From Clostridia bacterium (lineage in GTDB: Bacteria > Bacillota > Clostridia > Oscillospirales > CAG-272), in NCBI GenBank assembly GCA_017452545.1, contig JAFTME010000153.1:1-51654 (forward strand): a DNA stretch of 51,654 nucleotides, read 5' to 3'. A model generated the notes under the pieces. That model made no database searches. It was not told the origin of the DNA and worked only from the letters and a program-made list of their open reading frames with translations. Made by a program: the position numbers and the translations under genes. This document shows positions 8,388 to 16,197 of the stretch, piece by piece; the stretch's first letter is position 1; every line of letters begins with the position of its first letter.

Positions 8388-9182
8388 TCAGTGATACATC
8401 TTATACCTGAGCCTCAAATTATCCGCTATCATCGCGATAAACTCGCTATTGGTCGGCTTTCCGCGGTTATTCTGAATGGTATATCCGAAGTAACTGTTCA
8501 GCGTATCCACATCACCTCTGTCCCATGCGACCTCAATGGCGTGGCGGATGGCGCGCTCGACGCGGGATGTCGTGGTGGCATATTTCTTGGCGACGGAAGG
8601 GTAGAGCACCTTGGTGACCGAGTTAATAATGTCGCTGTCACGTACGGTCATAAGTATGGCGGTGCGCAGATACTGGTAGCCCTTGATATGCGCGGGAACG
8701 CCGATCTGATGGATGATCTTGGTGACCTGCGTTTCAATGTCGGGCGTTTTATCATTTTCGTTTTCGTGCGATGCCTCCTTGGCAATGGCAGCATCGGTGC
8801 GAGCGGTTGCAATCTCCTCAATGTGCTTGCAAAGACTGCCCATGTGAATGGGCTTGAGCAGGCAAAGCTCCGCACCTGCGTTGGTCGCTTGGATAAAGAT
8901 GCTTTCGCTGGAGACGGTCGACATCATAATAATGGTGGGCGTGCGATCGGGCGAAAAATCCATGCTGCGAACGGCGCGGAGCACGCCGATGCCGTCCATT
9001 TTGGACAGCCATACGTCGATCAGCACAATGTCGGGATGGTTGCGTGAGATGCGGGAGAGCGCCTCCTCACCGTTGGCTGCTTCCTCAATGTGGCGATAGC
9101 CTGCGTGGATCAGTCCTTCGCGCAACGTTGCACGCTGCGACTGGCTTTCATCTGCGATCAGAATACGAGTGGTATATTCCAT
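8388..9182 (-). CDS. spo0A: Stage 0 sporulation response regulator Spo0A
   Basis: N-terminal receiver (ILIADES...[14 protein letters not shown]). C-terminal signature: [19 protein letters not shown]...[19 protein letters not shown]...[24 protein letters not shown] lies 8 nt upstream. Confidence 0.95.
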   Translation of the reverse strand: MEYTTRILIADESQSQRATLREGLIHAGYRHIEEAANGEEALSRISRNHPDIVLIDVWLSKMDGIGVLRAVRSMDFSPDRTPTIIMMSTVSSESIFIQATNAGAELCLLKPIHMGSLCKHIEEIATARTDAAIAKEASHENENDKTPDIETQVTKIIHQIGVPAHIKGYQYLRTAILMTVRDSDIINSVTKVLYPSVAKKYATTTSRVERAIRHAIEVAWDRGDVDTLNSYFGYTIQNNRGKPTNSEFIAMIADNLRLRYKMYH

Positions 9183-9221
9183 GGGTTTGTCCTCCGTTTG
9201 TGTTTTTTGGTTACCACCATT

Positions 9222-9250
9222 ATTTTACCATAAATTGGTAAAAATATCAA
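9222..9250 (-). promoter_or_regulatory. Putative sigma-A promoter of spo0A
   Basis: Minus strand TTGATA (9250-9245), 17 nt spacer, TAAAAT (9227-9222). The spacer and -10 are occupied by the TTTTACCA-N5-TGGTAAAA palindrome. Confidence 0.45.
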
Positions 9251-9333
9251 GGTTTTACCAAAAACAAAAATAGACAAACTTTCCCTTGGAAAAATGGTAA
9301 AAATTGACAAATATATCGAATTCCGAGCGGAAA

Positions 9334-9756
9334 TCAATGATTTTCGGGCATTCCGTGGTCATGTTGACAGGGAGCGGTGAAGAAATCTGTCAGATCGACC
9401 TCCCAGATGCCATTCTCTCCCCGGCGAAAACCGATGGCGTGGATCATCTGCTCTCCTGCGGGCTCGGTGTCGCCGTCAAAGCGAGCGTAGTGAATGCCGC
9501 AAAGATCGATGAAATTCAGCGTTCCGCGACCGAGCACAAACAGCGCCTGCTTATCGACCGGGGCGTTCAATACAGGAGCAAGATGACGCAAGCTACCGCC
9601 GTCGGGACCGATTTTGAATTGGCAAATGCCGGCGGGGGCACCGTCGACCTCTGCCTCGTATGCCAGCAGCTCTACGTCGTATTCGACACCGCACAGCGCA
9701 CACAGCGCACGCTGCTGCTCTTTATCTTGAATAGCAAAAACCTTGAGCATGGTCAA
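9334..9756 (-). CDS. Hypothetical protein (140 aa)
   Basis: Its start overlaps the rluB stop by 4 nt (ATGA), so the two are probably translationally coupled. No recognised motif. Confidence 0.6.
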   Translation of the reverse strand: MTMLKVFAIQDKEQQRALCALCGVEYDVELLAYEAEVDGAPAGICQFKIGPDGGSLRHLAPVLNAPVDKQALFVLGRGTLNFIDLCGIHYARFDGDTEPAGEQMIHAIGFRRGENGIWEVDLTDFFTAPCQHDHGMPENH

Positions 9757-10562
9757 TCCTCCTTGTCATTTGTCCGAGGGGGCTTGGGGATGCGGATCTT
9801 GACGCGCGCAGGCGCCTCGGATGCCGTGCCTTTTTGGCGCAGCGCAAGATTTTTCAATGCCTCGACCTCGGTCGGTGCCAGCTTGCGGTACTTGCCCTCG
9901 GGCAGGTGACCGAGCACCAGCGGGCCCATGGCAACGCGCTTGAGCGAGAGAACACGCAGACCGACGGTGTCGCACATCTTGCGGATCTGACGATTTCTGC
10001 CTTCATACAGCGTCATTTCCAGCTCGGTCTGATGCTCCCAGCCGCGCAGAACATTGACCTTAACGGGGCGGATACGATAATCGTCAATGACCATCGGAGA
10101 GGAGAGGCGCTTAAGCTGACGCTCGGTGATCTCGCCGCCGACGGTGACGTGATAGACCTTGGGGAGATGATGACGGGGGTGGGTGAGCAGATTGGCAAGC
10201 TCACCGTCGTTGGTCAGCAGCAAAAGCCCTGTAGAGAACATATCCAAGCGGCCTACGGGATACACGCGCACGCCGAGATCCTCCACGAGCGCGGTAACGC
10301 AGGGGCGGCCTTCCTCGTCTGCGGTGGTGGTGACAAATCCGGCGGGCTTGTGCAGCATGACGGTCACGTGATCGGCGGGGGGCAGCGGACGGACGTGCTT
10401 GCCAAGATAGGTGATCACATCGATATCGGGATCGATCTTCTGTCCGACCGTTGCAGTCGTTCCGTTGACCTGCACGCGTCCTGCGGCAATCTCTGCCTCG
10501 GCAGCGCGGCGGGAGAGCACGCCGCAATCGGTAAAATATTTTTGAATTCTGATTTTTTCCAC
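9753..10562 (-). CDS. rluB: Pseudouridine synthase, RsuA/RluB family
   Basis: N-terminal S4 domain (RIQKYFTDCGVLSRRAAEAEIAAGRVQVNG). Catalytic motif VYPVGRLD. RQIRKM motif present. Confidence 0.88.
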   Translation of the reverse strand: MEKIRIQKYFTDCGVLSRRAAEAEIAAGRVQVNGTTATVGQKIDPDIDVITYLGKHVRPLPPADHVTVMLHKPAGFVTTTADEEGRPCVTALVEDLGVRVYPVGRLDMFSTGLLLLTNDGELANLLTHPRHHLPKVYHVTVGGEITERQLKRLSSPMVIDDYRIRPVKVNVLRGWEHQTELEMTLYEGRNRQIRKMCDTVGLRVLSLKRVAMGPLVLGHLPEGKYRKLAPTEVEALKNLALRQKGTASEAPARVKIRIPKPPRTNDKED

Positions 10563-10593
10563 GTTGGTAAATCCTTAACCTTTCGTTGGGAGA

Positions 10594-11850
10594 TCATGCG
10601 GTGCGGCGAAAGAGCGCACCAAGCAGGGTAAAAAGACGTTGCAGGAGCGAAGGGGAGGGGAGCGTCTCAACGTCGTATAACGGCTGCAGCGGCGTGGAAG
10701 CAATTTGCTCACGCATACCGTCGCCGTTGGTGTCACAGTAAAAGATCAAGCGCCCGATGGGTGCGGTAGCATCGATGGGCGCAAGCGCAAAATGCGGGAG
10801 CTGCACGACACAGGTGATGGCGGCATGATCGCGCGGCAAGGTCACGGCACAGCGCTCCGTTCCCGCCACCAGCACGTATTGCTCCTTGCCGCCGCTGACG
10901 GGCAGCAGCGTTTGATAGCCGCCCACCTCACAGAGCGTGATACGGGAGTAAGAGGAAAAGCCGTAGTCGAGCAGAGCGGTATGGTCACTCCAGTCATCGG
11001 GGGCATTAAGCGTTACGGCGATCAGCGTCAATCCGTCTCGCTCGGCAGCGCTGACCAGGCAGCGTCCGCTTCGCTTGGTATATCCCGTTTTTACGCCGAT
11101 CGCGCCGTCGTAATAGCGCAGCATTTTGTTATGGTTGAGCAGCACGCGTGTACCGACGGCAACCGTTTCCCCACGCGCGTCTGTGGCATCGACCGTGTCG
11201 TCCGGTACGGTGCCCGGCGCGGTCATGTCGCACAGCGGGATGGTCATTTTCTTGGTTGACATAATGCGCTTCAGTGCCGGGTGCGCCAGCGCCGCAGACG
11301 CAATACGGGCAAGGTCGTGCGCGGTGGTATAATGCGCTTCGTCGTCCAGTCCGTGGGGATTGGTGAAATGGGTATCCTTCAATCCCAGCGCAAGGGCCTT
11401 TTGGTTCATCAGATCGGCGAACGCCTCAACACTGTCCGAAACGGCGAGCGCAAGCGCAACCGCAGCATCGTTGGCGGACTCCAGAAGCAATGCATACAGC
11501 AGCTGCTCCACTGTCAACCATTCGTCGGCGTACAGATAGATGGAGGAGCCCTCAACGCCTACGGCACGCTTGTCGATACGAATAGCATCCGTCATATTCA
11601 ACTGCTCGGCAACGATCAGTGCGGTCATGATTTTGGTGGTGCTTGCCATAGGCAGACGTGCGTCCGCGTTGTGCGCGAACAGCACGCGCCCGGTATCGGC
11701 ATCAAGCAGCAGCGCGGCTTGCGCAGACAGGGCAGGGGGCACAACGGCGGCGACGGAGGCAGAGATCGCCCCCGTCGCACCAACGGGTATGATAAGCATC
11801 AAAAGTGCAAGCAAAAGTGCGATCGCGTGGAGCGATTGACGGTGTGACAT
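10594..11850 (-). CDS. dacB: D-alanyl-D-alanine carboxypeptidase (peptidase S11, DacB-like)
   Basis: Signal/TM N-terminus. SxxK motif MASTTKIMT, SxN motif LLESANDAA, and KTGYT box. Confidence 0.88.
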   Translation of the reverse strand: MSHRQSLHAIALLLALLMLIIPVGATGAISASVAAVVPPALSAQAALLLDADTGRVLFAHNADARLPMASTTKIMTALIVAEQLNMTDAIRIDKRAVGVEGSSIYLYADEWLTVEQLLYALLLESANDAAVALALAVSDSVEAFADLMNQKALALGLKDTHFTNPHGLDDEAHYTTAHDLARIASAALAHPALKRIMSTKKMTIPLCDMTAPGTVPDDTVDATDARGETVAVGTRVLLNHNKMLRYYDGAIGVKTGYTKRSGRCLVSAAERDGLTLIAVTLNAPDDWSDHTALLDYGFSSYSRITLCEVGGYQTLLPVSGGKEQYVLVAGTERCAVTLPRDHAAITCVVQLPHFALAPIDATAPIGRLIFYCDTNGDGMREQIASTPLQPLYDVETLPSPSLLQRLFTLLGALFRRTA

Positions 11851-11889
11851 GGCAGACTCCTTCCTTTTTCAGAACAGCGGTACTGAAAA

Positions 11890-11918
11890 AGTATATGGGC
11901 GCAGCCACGCACATATTC
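11890..11918 (-). promoter_or_regulatory. Sigma-E-like (mother-cell) promoter candidate upstream of dacB
   Basis: Minus strand GAATATG, 14 nt spacer, CATATACT. The B. subtilis sigma-E consensus as I recall it is ZHATAXX-14-CATACAHT, giving 6/7 and 7/8 matches. Confidence 0.4.
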
Positions 11919-11926
11919 CCGTCGGA

Positions 11927-12376
11927 TCAGTCCTGTGCCGTTTCCTCGGCAGGAGCGTCCTTGTCCTCGGTATCGTTCTTCTTGAACAGCGTCTTGAGCT
12001 TGGCAAAGATCTCGGGTGCACGTTCGATAGCGGCAGCGATCTGCTCGACCGCATCCGGTGCTGCGGCACTCTGACCCATGTTGATCAGATTGACGTTGCC
12101 CTCTGCGTTAACAACGAGAAAGCCGACGGGGGTAATGGAAAGGCCGGTGCCGCCACCGCCGCCGAAATTCTGACGCTGGGGAGAGTTTTTGCCGTAATAC
12201 TCCAGACCGCCCGTGGTGTAGCCCATGGAGATCTTGGAGATGGGGATAATAGTCGTGCCGACGTCGGTTTTGATGGGCTTGCCGATGATGGTATCGGAAT
12301 CCACCAGTGTGCGCAGGCTCTCAAGCGAGGTCTGAATCATTTCTTCCAGCTTGTTATCGGTGTTTGCCATATACAA
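11927..12376 (-). CDS. ytfJ: Sporulation protein YtfJ (GerW family)
   Basis: TIIGKPIKTDVGTTIIPISKISMGYTTGG ... GGGGGTGLSITPVGFLVV is characteristic of YtfJ/GerW. Confidence 0.85.
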   Translation of the reverse strand: MYMANTDNKLEEMIQTSLESLRTLVDSDTIIGKPIKTDVGTTIIPISKISMGYTTGGLEYYGKNSPQRQNFGGGGGTGLSITPVGFLVVNAEGNVNLINMGQSAAAPDAVEQIAAAIERAPEIFAKLKTLFKKNDTEDKDAPAEETAQD

Positions 12377-12400
12377 AGTTCCTTTCTTTGTAAAAAAGTC

Positions 12401-13153
12401 TTATTTATTGTTGCCCCGTCCTGTTGGGGGAGTGGTTGCAGCTTTTGGGTGTTGCGGCTTACGGGTGGGCTTTCCCGCACGAGCGGCGGTCAAGCGGAGC
12501 AATGCCTTTAGTCCGACGGCAAGCAGCTGCCAGACGAGCAGGCGCAGGCGAAGATCCAGCACGGCGGAGGTCTTTTGCCCTTCAAAGTCGGGAAAAACGC
12601 GGATGCGTTCGGGATGATGCACGTGCAGATTGGAAAACGTGTGCAGGCCCTCCATCAAATAAGCAACGGCAGGGCAGACGGCACCGTATGCGATCGCGGT
12701 GGTGGCGGCATCGCCTGTTGCGACGCGAAACTCCAGCGCGTGCAAATCCACGCGGGCGTAACGAAACAGCGGACCGGGGATCTCACGCAAAAGTGAACCG
12801 ATCATGCTGATCTTTTCGGTCAGAGAGGATTTCTTTTTTTGCGTGCCGCCTTGCGCGGCGGAGGGAGCAGCGCCTCGTTTGGCTGCTGCTTTTGCTTGCC
12901 TTTTGGCTTGCTTTTTTTGCTCACGCAGCATAGCCTTTTGCTCTTGGCGCTTGCGGCGGGCAACGGCACGGGGCGAATAATCCTTTTCGCGGAATATCTT
13001 TTTTGGCTTGGGGTGGCGAAATAGCGGCACGCAAAACGCGTGTGCGCGGATGCTGACGTCGCTCTCGTTCTGCAATTGGATGCGCAGCCGCACGGGGCAC
13101 ATCAGCAAAAGGAGCAGCAGCAAAAGAATTCCGAGCAGAATCTTCCAGACCAT
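12401..13153 (-). CDS. DUF2953-like protein (YtfI-like), membrane anchored
   Basis: N-terminal TM (ILLGILLLLLLLLMCPV), K/R/A-rich low-complexity middle, conserved C-terminal region. It sits upstream of ytfJ, as ytfI does in B. subtilis. Confidence 0.6.
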   Translation of the reverse strand: MVWKILLGILLLLLLLLMCPVRLRIQLQNESDVSIRAHAFCVPLFRHPKPKKIFREKDYSPRAVARRKRQEQKAMLREQKKQAKRQAKAAAKRGAAPSAAQGGTQKKKSSLTEKISMIGSLLREIPGPLFRYARVDLHALEFRVATGDAATTAIAYGAVCPAVAYLMEGLHTFSNLHVHHPERIRVFPDFEGQKTSAVLDLRLRLLVWQLLAVGLKALLRLTAARAGKPTRKPQHPKAATTPPTGRGNNK

Positions 13154-13208
13154 GGGCAGCTCCTTTCTTGCTGTTTGTTTCTTTATATGGGGGGATTGGC
13201 GATCGTTG

Positions 13209-13916
13209 TTATACGGTCAGCGTTGCTGCGTCGGCATCTGCCTCAGCGGGAGCGGTATTCTCCGCTTCTTTATTTGCTTCTCCCTCGACCTGTGCAGCGA
13301 CGGCAAGGGCTTCGGTTGCGGGCAGCTCCTCCAGCGAAGAAATACCGAAAACGCGCAGGAATTTATCGGTTGTGCCGTACAGCATGGGTCTTCCGACTAC
13401 CTCAAGACGGCCGACGGCGTGGATCAGCTCCTTGTCCAGCAGCGAGTTAACGGCGTAGGCGCTGTCAACACCGCGAACCGTATCGATAAAGGTACGGGTA
13501 ACGGGCTGATTGTAGGCAATGACTGCTAAAACCTCCATGGAGGCGGCAGACAGATTACCGCCGCGACGCACACCCAGAACCTCGCGGATATAGGGGGCGA
13601 ACTGCTCACGGGTGCAGATCTGGCAGGTGTCGGGGTACAGCAGCAGTTGAACACCGCGATGTGCCTCGGGTGCGTTGAAGGTGGGCTCCATATGCTCGAC
13701 CAGCGTGCGGACGTCGGAGGCGGTCAGCCCCAGGGCGTCGGCAATTTTCTTGTACGGAACGGGATAGCCCGCTGCAAATAAGATCGCCTCGACTGCAGCC
13801 TCCATATCAGCGACGCTTTGCAGTGCCTCGGCAGGGGTGGCAGAGGAAGAAGCGTCCGTGGACGCGATCGTTTCTCCGGTGGGGACGGACATGGGTTCGG
13901 TCATATCATTGTTCAT
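13209..13916 (-). CDS. scpB: Segregation and condensation protein B
   Basis: VEAILFAAGYPVPYKKIADALG ... SAASMEVLAVIAYNQPVTRTFIDTVRGV ... GRLEVVGRPMLYGTT. Confidence 0.9.
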   Translation of the reverse strand: MNNDMTEPMSVPTGETIASTDASSSATPAEALQSVADMEAAVEAILFAAGYPVPYKKIADALGLTASDVRTLVEHMEPTFNAPEAHRGVQLLLYPDTCQICTREQFAPYIREVLGVRRGGNLSAASMEVLAVIAYNQPVTRTFIDTVRGVDSAYAVNSLLDKELIHAVGRLEVVGRPMLYGTTDKFLRVFGISSLEELPATEALAVAAQVEGEANKEAENTAPAEADADAATLTV

Positions 13917-13933
13917 GCTTGGTCGCCTTTCGT

Positions 13934-14731
13934 TTAGTTGATTTGCCCGTCAGGCTCCTCGGTGTTCTCCGTGGGCTTTTCGGGGGCGGGAGGCTCGTCG
14001 TTGATGACAAAATTGGTATCGATGCGGTGCAGGGAGGTACCGTCGTCGGGGGCATCCACGATCAGGATCTGACGCATCTTGATCAGCTCCAATACGCCGA
14101 GGAAAATGGCAATCATGTCAGGGAGTGAGGTTGCATCGGCAAGCAGCGCTTGCAGCGAGGATTTCTTTTCCTTATTCAGACGGTTGAGAATGCCGACGAT
14201 CTTGAGCTCAACGGGAACGATGGGCTTGCTGATCATGGGGGTAAAGGTGGCACGCTTAGCGTGCGCGATGCTTTCCTGGTATGCATTCAGGCGGCGAATG
14301 GCGGTGCACAGCGAGGTAATCTGCTGATCGGCAACGTAGGTACGGTCGATCGAGATCTCGTCGGTCTCCTTGACCATGCGATGGCGGTGCACCTCGAACA
14401 GCTTTGCCATTTTGACCGCCGCTTCCTTGGCTGCCTGATAACGCAGCAGGGCATCGGTCAGCTCCATGCGGGGATCCTTCTCTTCCTTTTCCTCGCGTGG
14501 CAGCATCATCTTGCTTTTGATATAGATCAGCTCGCTTGCCATGAGCAGAAAGTCGGAGGCGAGCTCCATGTCCATCTGCTCCATGCCTGCGATCGCCTCC
14601 ATGTACTGGTCGCACAGCAGCGCGATGGGCAGGTCGGTGATCTCGATTTTATTCTTTTGTATCAGAGAGAGCAACAGATCCAGCGGACCATTGAAGTTAA
14701 ATTGCTCCAGTTGATAGGTAACAGCTTCCAT
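13934..14731 (-). CDS. scpA: Segregation and condensation protein A
   Basis: FNGPLDLLLSLIQKNKIEITDLPIA ... typical kleisin ScpA, adjacent to scpB. Confidence 0.9.
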   Translation of the reverse strand: MEAVTYQLEQFNFNGPLDLLLSLIQKNKIEITDLPIALLCDQYMEAIAGMEQMDMELASDFLLMASELIYIKSKMMLPREEKEEKDPRMELTDALLRYQAAKEAAVKMAKLFEVHRHRMVKETDEISIDRTYVADQQITSLCTAIRRLNAYQESIAHAKRATFTPMISKPIVPVELKIVGILNRLNKEKKSSLQALLADATSLPDMIAIFLGVLELIKMRQILIVDAPDDGTSLHRIDTNFVINDEPPAPEKPTENTEEPDGQIN

Positions 14732-14749
14732 TGGGGAGGTTGTGCTCCT

Positions 14750-15532
14750 TTACATAAGACCTTGCGAAATGTGATAAAGAATGGAATACAGCTCGCCGTT
14801 GACATTCTGCATTCCCGTGATGCGAAACAGGCAGTCCGACAGGAACTCGACACCGATGCTCAGCGGAACGGTCAAAATTCCGGTCCAAAGCAGGATCAGC
14901 ATGACAATCATGATGATGCGCTCGTATTTCATAATGCCGAAATACCATTTGGTCGGCAGAAATACGTAAAAAACACGCGAGCCGTCCCAGGGCGGAATGG
15001 GGATCAGATTGAACAGCGCATAGCTGAGGTTGAGCACCACGCCGGCGTACAGCATATAAATGAGGACGGCAACAAAGGTAAAGCCGCCGCTGACGGCATA
15101 GGCGCTGCCCGTGAAGGCGGCGCGCAGAATGGCTTGCACGTCGTTCTCGAACACGGCGCTGATGGGAATGAGCGCGAGGCGCAGAACGACAACGAAAACG
15201 ATAGCGAGAAACACGTTGGAGAGCGGTCCTGCCAGCGAGGAGATCGCCATATCACGGCGTGGATTTTTAAAGTTGCGGCTGTTGATCGGTACGGGCTTTG
15301 CCCAACCGATGCGGAAAAACAGCATACAGATAAAGCCGATCGGATCGAAATGCTTGGCGGGATTGAGCGTCATGCGCCCGAGATTTTTTGCCGTAGGATC
15401 GCCCAGACGATACGCTGCGTACGCGTGGCACATCTCGTGGAACGAGAGCGCAATCAGAACGGCGGGCAGCGAGATCAGATAGGAGGGGATCCGACTGATA
15501 AAATCGTATATGGAATTGGACAGGAAGTTCAT
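14750..15532 (-). CDS. Site-2 protease (M50) family membrane metalloprotease
   Basis: HEMCHAYAA (HExxH) in TM context. Multiple TM segments. NLIPIPPWDGS motif. Confidence 0.8.
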   Translation of the reverse strand: MNFLSNSIYDFISRIPSYLISLPAVLIALSFHEMCHAYAAYRLGDPTAKNLGRMTLNPAKHFDPIGFICMLFFRIGWAKPVPINSRNFKNPRRDMAISSLAGPLSNVFLAIVFVVVLRLALIPISAVFENDVQAILRAAFTGSAYAVSGGFTFVAVLIYMLYAGVVLNLSYALFNLIPIPPWDGSRVFYVFLPTKWYFGIMKYERIIMIVMLILLWTGILTVPLSIGVEFLSDCLFRITGMQNVNGELYSILYHISQGLM

Positions 15533-15552
15533 GCTATATCCTCACTTGTGTG

Positions 15553-16161
15553 TCAAAGCTTGACACCGGTGAACTCCGCGATCTTACTCCAGATGGCGGT
15601 TTTTCCTTCGTTTTTCAAGGTGGAGGTAAAGACGATGGGGGTGTCGGGGAGAATGTCGGGATCGCTTGCAAGCGAGAGCTCGCAGGCGCGGCGCTCGGTG
15701 GCGTTGAGCTTATCTGCCTTGGTCGCAACGACCATATAGGGAAGCCCCGTATTCGCCAGATAGCGCAGCATCATGCGGTCGTCCTCGGTCGGTCCGATGC
15801 GGCTGTCTACCAGCTGCAGCACGGCGCAGACGCGGTCAATGCAGGGATTCTTGGTGAAATAGCCATCGGTCAGCGCACTCCATTGCGCCTTGTCCTGCGG
15901 TGCACGCTTGGCGAAGCCGTAGCCGGGCAGGTCGACAAAAAACAGCTTTTTATCGATATTGTAGAAATTGATGGTGATGGTCTTACCGGGCGCCGAGCTG
16001 ACACGAGCCAGGCTCTTGCGACCGAGCAGCAGATTGATCAGCGAGCTTTTTCCCACGTTAGAACGCCCGGAAAAGGCGATCTGAGGAATGGGATCGCCGG
16101 GGAACTGTCGCAGCTGTCCCGCGCTGATCTGCAGATTGATGTTTTGTAAATTCAAAGCCAT
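15553..16161 (-). CDS. engB: Ribosome biogenesis GTPase YsxC/EngB
   Basis: G1 GRSNVGKSS, G3 DLPGYG, G4 TKADK. Sits in the conserved position next to lon. Confidence 0.9.
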   Translation of the reverse strand: MALNLQNINLQISAGQLRQFPGDPIPQIAFSGRSNVGKSSLINLLLGRKSLARVSSAPGKTITINFYNIDKKLFFVDLPGYGFAKRAPQDKAQWSALTDGYFTKNPCIDRVCAVLQLVDSRIGPTEDDRMMLRYLANTGLPYMVVATKADKLNATERRACELSLASDPDILPDTPIVFTSTLKNEGKTAIWSKIAEFTGVKL

Positions 16162-16197
16162 AGGGCAAGCTCCTTTGGAGTTTTGATCGGCTGCTTG

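Noticed and set aside
13154-13215. Forespore sigma-F/G-type promoter upstream of the ytfI-like gene (GTATA ... CATATAA).
   Set aside because: The spacing (19 nt) and the -10 match are poor, and the putative -35 overlaps the scpB stop codon. It is too weak to report.
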